Below, one piece after another: positions 37,831 through 51,028 of a stretch of 64,000 nucleotides of DNA. The position numbers were made by a program, and so were the translations under genes. The first letter of the stretch is position 1. Each line of letters opens with the position of its first letter. Origin of the DNA: Octopus sinensis (lineage: Eukaryota); assembly GCF_006345805.1 (NCBI RefSeq), contig NC_043000.1, positions 13,764,001 through 13,828,000 of the forward strand. Reading direction: 5' to 3'. The notes beneath the pieces were generated by a model. The model ran no database searches and had not been told where the DNA came from. It saw nothing but the letters and a program-made list of their open reading frames with translations.

Positions 37831-39040
37831 TTCTTGCTGGTTAATTTTAAATAGAACCACCCTTGATTTGTACAAAAAATGAATTTGACATCTTTAACCA
37901 CAGAACAAATCAGATCAACTGGAACCCTAATCATCATAACTGACAGAGAGCCAAGCAAAAACTGATAATCTGTTAACAATAGCACTTGCAATAGCAAGGT
38001 AAAAATTACCATGGAGAATAGGGAAATCCAGGGAAATAGGAGATGTTCTGTCACAGAAAAGCATTATAAAAATAGTTCAAACTGTGAAATATATTTTATG
38101 TTAAGTAAGAAGAGACATCTAACTGTTTAGATATTTATCCTTCTTGAAAGAAAAAAAAGGCAGTAACACTACAACAATATGTTACGATATTACAATTTCT
38201 CTCTCAAAAAAAGTGTCCAAATCATCTTCATTGCATAAAATATATTTAACCTTTTAAAAAATTACATTGTCATTGAAAACATTGTAGAGATTACAAAATT
38301 TGTCAGTCTATATTTTAATAAGAACCGCGTCTCCCTGTTGATCCACTTTTAGTCAAACAATATTAAAAGATTATTCAGATTTATTAAGCCTTTGCAAAGA
38401 ATGAGAAACTAAATTTCAATACCTTTCAACTAATTAAAAAACGCCTAATATAATATCTATTTTTTTGACAATGAAAATAGAGGTAAAAGTAATAACTCTT
38501 CCCAATTCTTTCAATGGATATATGTATTTAAGCTAATTTATTTTATATTAAAGGTAGTATTTTGAATGGAAATCTTAAATGTAAATTTTATATTTTGTCA
38601 TCAGTAAAGTGATGTATTGAACTCAACATATGAAAAATACATAAATGCATGGATATTTAAGTATATAATGAAATAATATGAATAAGTCAATAAACACATA
38701 GATTAAATGTTAGGAATATAAAAGCTTCATAATAATTATTGATTTTTGTGATGATGGTGATGGTGAAATAACATAAAGGATTAGAAGCATGTAAGTTCTG
38801 GAAATATATGGATAAAACAGACATGTGGAGGATCTGTACAGAATGGGGCATATGAGTTTGAAATGTGGGATGAAATTTGAAATGTAGGACCTCTTCTTCA
38901 GGAAATCTACAAAGACAAGGGAATCTTCATGCTGAGATACTGAAATACAAAGCAATCTTCTTTTCTACTCTAATTTTATATAACTTGCATTATTTAAAAC
39001 ATTTATACATATACAATTCTCCATAAAGAACTATATATAT

Positions 39041-42000
39041 CATCATCATCATCATCATCGTTTAACGTCCGCTTTCCATGCTAGCATGGGTTGGACGGTT
39101 CAACTGGGGTCTGGCAAGCTCGAAGGCTGCACCAGGCCAGTCAGATCTGGCAGTGTTTCTACAGCTGGATGCCCTTCCTAACGCCAACCACTCCGAGAGT
39201 GTAGTGGGTGATTTTATGTGCCACCGACACAGGTGCCAGACGAGGCTGGCAGACGGCCACGCTCGGATGGTGTTTTTATGTGCCACCGACACAGGTGCCA
39301 GACGAGGCTGGCAGACGGCAATGCTCGGATGGTGTTTTTTATGTGCCACCGACACAGGTGCCAGACGAGGCTGGCAGACGGTCACGCTCGGATGGTGTTT
39401 GTTACGTGCCCTCAGCACGGAGGCCAGTCGATGCGGTACTGGGTACGGTCACGTTCGGATGGTTTTCTTATGTGCCACCGGCACTGGTACCACAAGGATA
39501 CAAATTCCATTGATGTTCATCTATTTTGATTTGGTTTGATTTGATTTTGATTTTGATTTTGATTTTGATTTTGATTTTGATTTTCACTTGCCTCAACAGG
39601 TCTTCACAAGTGTCACAAGAAGGAAGGTATGCACAGGTGGACTGACTACGTCCCAGGTGGGGGCCACGGGTTATGGCTTCACTAGTCTTGCCAGGTCTGC
39701 TCACGCACAGCATACTTCCATAGGTCTCGGTCTCTAGTCATTTCCATGGTGAGACCTAATGTTCGAAGGTCGTGCTTCACCACCTCGTCCCAGGTTTTCC
39801 TGGGTCTACCTCTTCCACAGGCTCCCTCAACTGCTAGGGATTGGCACTTTCTCACACACCTGTCTTCATCCATTCTCGCCACATGACCATACCAGCGCAA
39901 TCGTCTCTCTTGCACACCACAACTGATGCTTCTTAGGTACAACATTTCTCTCAAGATACTAACGCTCTGTCGAGTAAGTACACTGACATTACACATCCAT
40001 CGGAGCATACTGGCTTCATTCCTCACGAGCTTACGCATGTCCTCAGCAGTCACGGCCCATGTTTCACTGCCATGTAGCATGGCTGTTCGTACACATGCAT
40101 CATACAGTCTGCCTTTTACTCTGAGCGAGAGGCCTTTAGTCACCAGCAGAGGTAAGAGCTCCCTAAACTTTGCCCAGGCTATTCTTATTCTAGCAGTTAC
40201 ACTTTCAGTGCACCCACCCCCACTACTGACTTGGTCACCTAGAAAACGGAAGCTATCAACTACTTCTAGTTTTTCCCCCTGGAAAGTGACGGAAGTTGTT
40301 TTCTGCAGATTTTCGGAGGTCAATGCTCCCGAGCATCTGCCACATACAAAAACTATCTTCCCAGTTAGCCTACCTTTGACATTGCTGCACCTCTTATGTG
40401 TCCATAGCTTACACTGGGTACATCTTATAGAGTTTCTACCTACACCTTTTCTACAGATCGAGCAGGGCCATCTTCCTGAGGATATTTGTGGATTGTCTAC
40501 CTTTCTACTTATTAGTACTTTGGTTTTAGCTAGGTTGATTCTAAGGCCCCTCGATTCTAAACCCTCCTTCCACACCTGGAACTTCTCCTCCAGTTCTGAT
40601 AGTGACTCAGCAATTAGAGCGAGGTCGTCAGCATAGAGGAGCTCCCAGGGGCAACCTGTCTTGAATTCCTCCACAATTGCCTGGAGGACTATGATAAATA
40701 GGAGGGGGCTGAGTACTGAACCCTGGTGGACCCCGTGTACATGTTGCCAACCCTAACCTTACTTACGGCATCTCTGTACATGGCTTGCACAGCCCTCACC
40801 AGCCATTCATCTATCCATAGTTTCCTCATTGACCACCAGATGAGGGATCGGGGGACCCTATCAAAGGCTTTCTCCATGTCAACAAAAGCCAGGTACAGGG
40901 GCTTATCTTTGGCTAGGTATTTCTCCTGCAGCTGCCTTACCAGGAATATAGCATCAGTGGTGCTTTTCCCTGGCACAAACCCAAACTGCATCTCATCTAA
41001 ACTAACTCTCTCTCTAATTAGTTTGGCTATGACCCTCTCCGTAACCTTCATTACCTGATCCAACAGCTTGATACCTCTGTAATTATTTGTATCTAGGGCA
41101 TCACCTTTACCTTTGTAGCAGTTGACTAGTATGCTGCTACACCAGTCATTGGGTATGACTCCTTCGTGTATCACCTGGTGACTATACGGGTGACTAGGTT
41201 ATAGCCGACACTGCCAGATATTTGAGCATCTCTGCAGTAATTCCTGATGGGCCTGGGGCTTTCCCTGTCTTCATGCTTCTAATTGCCTTAGCTACCACGG
41301 AACTATCAACTCGGATAGCTGGTCCCTGTTGGGTCAACATTCGGCAGACTCTCTTTATCCCATTCATTTTCTTTATTCAGCAACCTTTCATAGTGGCATC
41401 TCCAAACCTCTCTCTTTGCATCCTCATTTAGCGCAAGTGAACCATCATCCATGCGAACACACTTCTCTCCTACCACATCACAATTCTCTCTCACACACTG
41501 TCTTGCAACACGAAATACCTCAAGTCTTTCATCCTCATGGCTCAGAACATTGGCAAATTTTTTCTTATCCGCTTCCCCTCTGGCTAAATAAACCTGTCTC
41601 CTAGCTTCCCTTTTGGCTGTCTGATACAATTCCCTGCTACCACCGTTCTTCCAGTCCTTCCAAGCCTGTCCCTTTTGTCTAATAGCCCTGTCAACCACGG
41701 TGTTCCACCACCATGTTACTCTGGGTCGAGATGGTACTTTGCTCCATCCACAGATCTGTTCAGTGGCTGTCAGCAGATTGTCTCGTAGGGATCTCCAGTT
41801 GTCTTCCACATTAAGTGAAGCTATATCCCCTTCTATTTCGTCAAAGGCTTCGAGTAGTATGTCTCTAAATCTCTGTCCATTTGCAGGATCTTTAAGCTTC
41901 CAGACCCTTCTCCTCCAAGCTGGTCTTCTTTTGGGAACCATTTAGCTCTGATCCTGAAGTCGCTAACTACTAATCTATGTTGAGGAGTACATTCTTCACC

Positions 42001-42566
42001 TGGAAAGGTTTTGGCATTTATAATCAGCCCTCTTTCCCTTTTTCTGGCAAGGATGTAGTCAATCTGGCTGGTGTGTCTGCCAGAACGGTAGGTGACTAGG
42101 TGAGAGGTGGGTTTCCTGAAGTTGGTATTGCAGACCATAAGGTCATTTGCATCGCAGAACTCCAGCAGCCTGGTTCCCTCCTCATTACGAGAGCCAAAAC
42201 CGTAGCCTCCATGGACGCCTTGGAAGCCCCCGACATGTCGTCCAACATGTCCATTGAAATCACCTGCCACGAAGAGAAGGTCACTGTCATTTGTCAACGA
42301 GGTAGTCCGCAATAGGGTGTCATAGAATTGGTCTTTTTGTCCTTCCGGTAGCCCTGGTTGAGGGGCATATGCCAAGATGATGGTAGCTGTCCTATTGTGT
42401 AGGACTAATCTAATTTTAATTACTCTGTCACTTACTCTGACTACCTCGATTACCTTACCTACCCATTTCTCCGCAAGAAGTATACCCACGCCCCCGACCC
42501 CGTCAGTGTTCCCTGCCCAGAAAATCTTGTACCTGTGTTCCTTGCCTGTGAGTGTACCTGTGTTCC
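39041..42566 (-). mobile_element. Large 5'-truncated RTE LINE (APE + RT + PHD-like finger + 3' UTR), frameshifted
   Basis: APE: GVGILL..AYAPQ..GDFNGHVG..SQIDYIL. RT: YRGIKLL..QFGFVPGKSTTDAIF..FVDMEKAFDRVP..LLYADDL. Four ORF pieces; (CAAAAT)n at 39523-39585; (GAT)n tail. Confidence 0.97.
39213..39480. repeat. 62-63-bp minisatellite within the RTE 3' UTR
   Basis: atgtgcc/acgtgcc recurs at 39216, 39278, 39341, 39404. Confidence 0.9.
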
Positions 42567-42624
42567 TATATATATATATATATATATATATAGAAGGCAT
42601 TACTATACATATTTGCCACATGCT

Positions 42625-43036
42625 GGAGTGGCTGTGTGGTAAGTAGCTTGCTAACCAACCACATGGTTCCGGGTTCAGTCCCACTGCGTGGCATCTTGGG
42701 CAAGTGTCTTCTGCTATAGCCCCGGGCCGACCAATGCCTTGTGAGTGGATTTGGTAGACGGAAACTGAAAGAAGCCTGTCGTATATATGTATATATATAT
42801 GTGTGTGTGTGTGTATGTGTTTGTGTCTCTGTGTGTCCCCCTAGCATTGCTTGACAACCGATGCTGGTGTGTTTACGTCCCCGTCACTTAGCGGTTCGGC
42901 AAAAGAGACCGATAGAATAAGTACTGGGCTTACAAAGAATAAGTCCCGGGGTCGATTTGCTCGACTAAAGGCGGTGCTCCAGCATGGCCGCAGTCAAATG
43001 ACTGAAACAAATAAAAGAGTAAAAGAGTAAAGAGTA
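42625..43036 (+). mobile_element. Full-length tRNA-derived CORE-like SINE
   Basis: A box tggctgtgtgg; B box ggttcagtccc; CORE-like cttgggcaagt; internal microsatellite; (AAGAGTA)n tail. Confidence 0.92.
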
Positions 43037-43469
43037 TGCTAGGAGGGACTCTTAAAGTCAAAACTACCAAAATAAATAAACACATAGTACCGAATATGAG
43101 GAAATTCAGATTGAAGACTCCACTAGAGTGGACGCAAGGGCTAATACATGATTTATAAAAACATGTGACATATTAATAAATATCTGTAAATATAAAACCA
43201 TCCAGATTTTTGAGTACCTTATTTCTTCTAATATATGATACCTGTACATCATCTCCAAACCTTCTAATATAGAAAATGCATGTTAACTGATAATGATTGA
43301 TGATGATATCGATATCTCTCTCTCCGGTCAGGTAACCTTGTACTTATTCTACAGCAAGACACCTGTTTCTATCTCTCTGTCTCACTATAACCTTTTTCCT
43401 CATCTGACACAAGAATGTCTCTTCCAAGCCCCCTCCCGTTATGAAATTCTTTTTTACTTTTGTTTTGCA

Positions 43470-43765
43470 AGTACTTGGTGACCCTATCAGTGCAGGTGCC
43501 ACTTACAAGCACCCAGTCTACAAGTGGTTGGTGTTTGGAAGGGCATCCAGCTGTAAAAACCTTGCCAAAACTGACCTAGCCTATGATTAGGCCACATAAA
43601 AAGCACTAAGTCAACTCTGCTGAGTGGTTGGTGTTAGGAAGGGCATCCAGCTGTAAAAATCCTGCCAGAACAGTCACAGAAGTATGGTGCAGGCTTCTGC
43701 CCAGTCAGCTCTTATGAAATGGTCCCACTCATGCTAGCATGGAATGTGGATGTTAAACAACGATA
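43470..43765 (+). mobile_element. RTE 3' UTR copy, degenerate
   Basis: Duplicated ttggtgtt(a)ggaagggcatccagctgtaaaaa. Confidence 0.75.
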
Positions 43766-44420
43766 TATATGACTGCCTTTTTTTGTACTTTCCAATTAAC
43801 AAATCTACTTGTAAAAGTTTGGTCTGCCCAGGGCTATAGTAAAAGACACTTACTCATGGTGCTGCTCAGTAGGATTAAACACAAGACTACATGGTTGGGA
43901 AGCAAGCTTCTTAAACACCGGTCCATGCCTACTCAAATACTAAATCATGAAATACAGGATTATTTATAGAGCATTATTATAATTCATCTGTTCAGAATGT
44001 TACTTTTGTGCATATAAAATGCCAAAAGTGTCTAGCAGTTTGTTTACTTTGTGAACAGAAAGCATGACAATGAATTTAGCAAAGAGGTGTTTGGCATGAA
44101 GATGAATTTATTGACGAAGTATGATTTGGCTTGCAAGATAATTAATTGCCTAATGATGAAATTAACTGGCTAGAAAAATTATAGATAATGTATTTACTGC
44201 AATCTAATTATCCACAATGAATTTATGAGATGTGTGAATTCACTTGTGTGATGTATGTATTTGTCCTGTATGCATGTATCCATATCTATTTAAGTGTGTC
44301 TATATATGTGTCTAAACATACATTTATGTATGTGTTTGTATGGTTGTATGCATGTGTATATGTGTGTGCATATAGATTTGTGTAAATGTATGTGACTATT
44401 TATGTATATATATATATATC

Positions 44421-44990
44421 CAGCCGTAGAAACACTGCCAGATCTGACTGGGCCTGATGCGGCCTTCCGGCTTCACAGACCCCAGTTGAACCGTCCAACC
44501 CATGCTAGCATGGAAAGCGGACGCTAAATGATGATGATGATGATGATATCACCATCATTATAATTTAACATCTGCTTTCCATGCTGGTATGGAATGTGTG
44601 GTTTGACAGGAGCTGGTTAGGTAGAAGACTGCACCAGGCTTCACTGTTTGTTTCGGCAGGGTCTTTATGCCTGAATGCCCTTCCTAACACCAATCACCCC
44701 ACAGAATAGACTGAGTGCTTTTTACGTGACACCAGCACTGGTGGGGTCACCAAGTAACTTGCAAAACAAAGATCCTTTGAGAGGATATTGAGTGTAAATA
44801 TGCACTGGTTTGGTCATGTGAAACACATAGAAGAGGATAGCTGTATAAAGAAGTGCTGACCATTTAAAGCGGATGGAACCTGTGGAAGAGAGAAGCCCAA
44901 GAAGACATGGGCTGAAGTAGTGCAGACTGATCTTAAGATGTTGAGTCTCATGAAGGACTGACAAAAGGCTGAGAGAATTAGCAAGCAAAA
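44421..44990. mobile_element. Cluster of RTE 3' fragments in both orientations
   Basis: Plus copy 44421-44547; minus copy 44548-44760; plus ORF2-end fragment 44800-44990. Confidence 0.75.
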
Positions 44991-46224
44991 TTGGTATGCT
45001 ACAAGTATTATGTTTATGTCTGTACTTGCTAGGCCCTACCTCTACACCCCATCAAGCATTCTGCATTTCTCATCTTCTTACCATCTCTCCATCAATTTTC
45101 TAACTGCAATACTACTCAGCTGTTGTAATCATTTGAGAGCAGAATCCACACATATTCCAACCCCCTGTTTTGTGCAACCAGTTACCTCCTTCTCTCCCTG
45201 AAACTACTTCCTTTTAAAATTCATCCCTCGCTCTCGCTATCATCTATTTTCCACTTATCACCCACTTTCTGAGTTTTCAGTTACCTATCCCTCTCCTCTA
45301 GGCTAACATGATCTGATCACTAGTATAACATGATCTGATCGCTATCTTTGAAAATTATTGCCATTCTCTTTAAGGCAAACTGAGTAAGCCAAGAAGAGGT
45401 AAATTTGCTGCTTCAGTTCTTCAGAAATACACTTGAAAACAGACTCATACACATTATATCCATCCCTAAACATCAAAATGCAAAAAAAAAAAAAATTTTT
45501 ATATTTTGGTCAAATGAAAGTGGATCAAGGAAAAATGGCACATGATATGAAATTAATGAAACTCAACTAAATAAAAAAAAACTCAACACAAAATATTTTC
45601 TGTAGCTTCTTCATGATCTGCTGGAATGTCTCTCTTCGTGATATATTTACACACCATGCAGTTAAAAAGAAGAAATTATTGAAATTAGTAATTACTCATT
45701 TTACCCCATTTTAGACATTTTTGGAAACTTGAAAATGATCAAATTAGACATTAGTGTGGGAGAAAATTGACTTGGAGACATTAGTCGCCAAGAAAATCCA
45801 ACAGAAAAATAGAATATTGATTGTAAAAAAAAAAAATCATTCAGAGATATTTTTAGCGACCTCAATTACAATCAGGCCAAAACTGGGGAAAAATTTCTTG
45901 AAAAAAAAAGTACCTGTCATCAATGTTTCAGACTCTCTTAACTTCAACATGCAGACCAATTCTTACTCCTAGAAATAATGCAACAGTGCAGAATTATGAT
46001 GCAATACTTGCAATGTAGTTATTTCAAACAGGTTGGGAGAAAATAAGGGGAAATCAGAAATTACTCATTTTACCCCGGTTACAAACCCACCAACATACAC
46101 ACCCAATACTTTCTATGAAAAAGAACTTACATGAATAAAAGGTCTGATTTATTTTTTTCCTTCTTATTGGTACACAGAGTAATTTTATGAATACTGTCTA
46201 GTACTAGCATTCGTAAAATAACTC

Positions 46225-46365
46225 TCTTTTACTTGTTTCAGTCATTTGACTGCGGCCATGCTGGAGCACCGCCTTTAGTCGAGCAACTCGACCCCGGGGC
46301 TTATTCTTTGTAAGCCCAGTACTTATTCTATCGGTCTCTTTTTGTCGAACCGCTAAGTAACGGTT
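46225..46365 (-). mobile_element. CORE-like SINE 3' half
   Basis: Reverse complement of 42880-43025. Confidence 0.9.
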
Positions 46366-46379
46366 ATATATTTTGGTGG

Positions 46380-46835
46380 GCAAAACCGATCTATTTTATG
46401 TTATGTATCCTTGAAGGATGACTAGCAAAATTACCAATGATAAGATTTGGACTGAGAACGTAAAAGAACCGGAAGAAATCATCGCAAGGCCTTTCGTCCG
46501 ACGCTCTGAAAGCGAATGTGCCAATCCCACCAACCAATGTACAACTGTCGCGGTAACGTTGGTTATACCTTTGGTATTCGACGACAAAATTCAATAATTA
46601 CTGGCGAAATACGTGTCGTTCAAACCACAGTAGCGAATGTTTCTAAAGAATTTTTGCTACAACGTTTCACAGATTGATACGGTCTCTCTCTCTCTTATCT
46701 CCTGGCGTGGTAAGTAAACACCAATATTTAATTCCATCTTGCGCTCTAGGAAGGACAAGAACGCTCCAATGGTGCCGCGATTATTTCTATTACCTTTATT
46801 GAATTCCATTATTGAAACATGTGGTAAGTTTATTG
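46380..46835. promoter_or_regulatory. CpG-rich unique segment, possible promoter/first-exon region
   Basis: CpG visibly dense relative to flanking unique DNA; two strong plus-strand GTAAGT donors (~46709, ~46824); minus-strand open frames with GTAATT near 46430. Confidence 0.4.
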
Positions 46836-49120
46836 TAAGTAATCCTCATAGAGAAAAACGTAGGATGTTAGACATAAATGTCATTTATTACATAAAATAT
46901 TCGTATATTGAATAAGTTTTTTATGCTCATACAGAATCACTGTTTTATAGAAGTTACAGAACATAAGAATTTTGTGGAAAAATTCTTAAATGAAATTAAG
47001 TGTATTCTTTTAATTATTTTTTCCCTCCTCTGTTGTTTTCAACAGGAGCTTTTGAGAAAACGTGTCGTGAATATTTTTAATCACTTTTCAGATATGTTAT
47101 TTTTTTTGTAGAAATTTATGGGATTTAAGATAGAAAATATATTCATACATATGGCATTTATTTTTCACTTTCATTTTCATCAAAATAAGTTAGCTTTTGA
47201 AAATCAATTATATAAGTTATTCTTCGTATGTTTCGCGAAAGATCTATTTTAGGACAGGGTTCAAAAGATGTGTTTTTTTAATTGTAGTTCTGAGATCATT
47301 TACTATTATTTTTTTTAAAGTCTGGTACTAAGACCGATAGAATAAGTACCACATGCTTAAAAATATGTATTTTGGGGTCGATTTGTTCGACTAAAATTCC
47401 TCAAGGCAGTGCCCCAGCACGGTTGCAATTTATTGTTACAGTCCAATGACTGAAACATGTAGGATAAAATTATCTATTTAGTGGTTTCTGTAAAATGATA
47501 TGACTCTTTATTCTTTTTCTCTAGTTCTCCTGCTCAACATTCATTTATTGATTAAAGTTAAACCTTTATTCCCTAATATTCGTATTGAATGTCATGTTAC
47601 TTTTTATTTCTTTTTGCTTTCTGAAAAGAAAAAAATGTCTTCTATATTCTTGCCAACCCCTGAACATCTTGCAGTACTTAAAAGCTTATATCATATCTCA
47701 AAATTAAATTAATAGATGCCGGCAGCTTACTAGCAATCTTTACAACCCCCTATTCCAGATCGCAACTACAAAGATTTTTTATTATGCCCCATAGTCCGGG
47801 TACACCTGCCCTCTCGTCATTTTTATTCAATCTCGACCTTTCTAAACACATCACTATTTAATTCCTTTCTAAACACACATCCTATATAATTCATTATTTA
47901 ATTCCTCCACACAATTACAACCGTGTGAGATACAGACCACGTACAGGAGCTTTTTATATTTCTTTCGGCATCAACCATCAGATATGGAAGACCATCAAGT
48001 CATGGATGTTGCCCGACTTCCTTCTTCCAAATAAACCAGGAGTCAGTAACTTTTCTTGTTAAGGCTTACTTGTGATTTAAAAAACAAATTATATTTGCTT
48101 ATGGCTCTCCTGTGAATCATATCAACTCTGAAACAATGACAAAAGTGATGAGACACGACTACCTAAAAGCCACTATACATTATACTTGAAATTAAAAAAA
48201 AAAAAAGGTCAGAAACCCATAAATAGCACCTGGCCCGCTTGTTGCCACCCACTGGATATTAAAAGAAATGGTTATACATATATTTTTATTAATATTTAAC
48301 AAAAGTAAGAGTGGCTCAAGGTCACACGGTGACCGGTAATAAAGTCAATTTTGGCTTGGAAAAAAAGTCACAATTATTTATGGTGGCCGGTAATAAAGTC
48401 ACAATTAATTTATGAGATCCGGACAAAACTGGTCACTTTTTTTACCTCTATTCGGCCACACACGTATATATTTTAACGTGTATAAAGAACCCATTTTTGT
48501 CAAAAAATTAGGTTTAAAAATTATGGGAGTTTCTTATAGATGAAATAGTATTATAATCCCTTACAAAAACATTTCTTCCAAATTTTAAGCACCCAAAATT
48601 AGGGTTTCCTAATAAATATTAAAATCCCAATAATCCCTAGATGGAATTTAAGGATTTTTGTTATTATTTCTATATTTTTCCTACATTATACCAGTACAGG
48701 TCGATGCAACCCCCCAAAAAAACTGGTTCACCATCAGCATCATTAGACTGGCCGGCATAATTGAATAGGAGTTTTATTTGCATATTCAAAACGTTTCCTG
48801 TAAACATATTTAAAAGATATATATATATATATATATACATATACATATCTTGTTTCAGTCATTAGACTGCGGCCATGCTGGGGTACCATCTTGAATTTTC
48901 GGTCTAATAAATCAACCCCAGCACATTTTTTTTTTCTTTTTTGTTAGGTCTGGCGAGTTGCGTGCATTAGAACTTAGCAACTATTCCGCTTAGTGCTAAC
49001 GCACGAAGCACGCGGTACGTGTTCCGTGCGTTAACACCTATCAAACTAGTTCAGCGGTAACGCGTGAAACTCACGGTCCTTGAGTCACTTTGTTGCCTCT
49101 GCTAAATATCAGTAAAAATA

Positions 49121-49513
49121 TCTTTATATATAAAAGTCAAGTTGTGTGTCTGTCTCCTACGATTTAGATTCCTAACTACTCCCACATTTTGCGGTGCAGT
49201 TTAACCAAAAGCGGGTATCTTATAGTCGTGATTCATATCGAGCCCTTCTGGGTATTAGAGCGCGTCTACGATGAGTCTACGATTAAAAAAAAAAATTACC
49301 ATCATTTTTTTTCCATTTTAATGCATTTTTTCGCTATTATATAACTCTCTAAAAATGTCTACGATGAGTCAACGATTTAAAAAAAATACCATAATTTTTT
49401 TTTCCATTTTTAATGCATTTTTTTTTTTTTGCTTTTTTTGGCTATAACTCTCTAAAAATGCTTATATAGTTATTTTCCTTACAAACCCGAGCAACGCCGG
49501 GCGATACTGCTAG
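49121..49513 (+). mobile_element. Non-autonomous Helitron
   Basis: A|TC 5' end; 3' hairpin cccgagcaacgccggg; CTAG|T; no TSD. Confidence 0.92.
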
Positions 49514-49540
49514 TATATACATATATATACTTATATTTGA

Positions 49541-49819
49541 TACTACTAGCGAATAGTGGTCCCGGTGCGCGCACACACGCTAGTAGTCGATCCTACAACG
49601 ACTACGTAGCAAAGTAAATAAAACACAAAATACATAATTTTTTTACACAAAGTAAATAATTTTTGTTGACCAAAGTAAATAAAACACAAAAACACAAAGT
49701 AAATGACTTTTTTAAAACAAAGTAAATAACACAAAAACACAAAGTAAAGATCGACTAGTCATGACTAGCTAGCGTGACTGCGCGTGTGCGCGCACCGGGA
49801 CCACTGTTCGCTAGTAGTA
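49541..49819. mobile_element. MITE with ~36-bp GC-rich TIRs and internal (caaagtaaat) repeats
   Basis: tactactagcgaatagtggtcccggtgcgcgcacac / gtgtgcgcgcaccgggaccactgttcgctagtagta. Confidence 0.85.
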
Positions 49820-50473
49820 CCCTCATGGTACATTTTGTGTTCTATTTCCCCTGTTTGCATCACCACACACTCACACAGAAACATTTGATATAAAATTAAA
49901 TTTCGAAGTTAGACGTCAGGTGCTGAACAGGGAATTACAATACTTGGGTTGTTCAAATTCTATTTTGTCTCTTCTCATGACACAAAACATTCAGTTTTGT
50001 ATAAGTATGGAGCAATATGTCTAATTTGACTAGGCTCCGTCTCAGATTCTTCTAGTAAAAATATACAATGATACAATAGAAAACGCTTGATGTTTCTATC
50101 GACAATCCCTTTTCATCCGGTTTTACTGTTTCCGAATTCCCAAGAAAAAAAATAAAGCATCCTTTTCTAATATTGAATTCAAACGTTTAAACCTTTTGCC
50201 TTTCCATAGCATTTTCATAAGTTTTTCCTAAACATCCATGCTTATTTCCAGAATTTTAGTTAGCCCTTGTTTTATATATATTCTGAAGAATATTAAAGAT
50301 TTCGTTTCATAAATCCCAAGTTATTCTGGTGGTTGAAAAACACTGGAATTATGTATCAAATAGAGGTTTCCAATCACAGGGCCGTATAGAAAAATCAATT
50401 CTAAAATTTTCTATTTTACTCATTGCAGTGTGCAGGGGTGGGTTTATATTATATATACCACACACACACATAT

Positions 50474-50586
50474 ATAATAAACTGTATATGTAACTTAATT
50501 ATTATAGGCCTATTCTTTTCTTTCTTTTTACTTGTTTCAGTCATTTGACTGCGGCCATGCTGGAGCACCGCCTATATATATATATA

Positions 50587-50636
<50 letters not shown>

Positions 50637-50741
50637 TACATATATATATATATATACACACACATACATATATATATATATACACACATACATATATATA
50701 TATATAATGAACTGTATAATACGTAGCTTAATTATTATAGG

Positions 50742-50781
<40 letters not shown>

Positions 50782-50865
50782 CCTATAATAATTAAGTTAC
50801 ATATTGTACAGTTTATTATATATATATAATAAACTGTATAATATGTAACTTAATTATTATAGGCC

Positions 50866-50920
<55 letters not shown>

Positions 50921-51028
50921 CCTATAATAATTAAGTTACATATTATACTGTTTATTATATATATATAGTTGACTAAAATATATATATATAGGCCTTTAAT
51001 AATTAAGTTACATATTATACAGTTTATT
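50474..51028. repeat. Six ~43-bp units in mixed orientation separated by (TA)n
   Basis: Unit ataataaactgtataatatgtaacttaattattataggcctat. Confidence 0.9.

Noticed and set aside
39213-39480. CRISPR-like regularly spaced repeats
   Set aside because: Contiguous tandem units without unique spacers, inside a eukaryotic LINE 3' UTR
39926-42315. Plus-strand ORFs of up to 236 aa
   Set aside because: Antisense shadows of the RTE ORF
43242-43263. 22-nt minus-strand micro-exon with good splice signals; similar candidates at 45910-45965, 38760-38939, 24870-24950, 25290-25400 and 22380
   Set aside because: No recognisable protein or coherent phase chain, and several have stops in all frames; such signals are common by chance in AT-rich DNA
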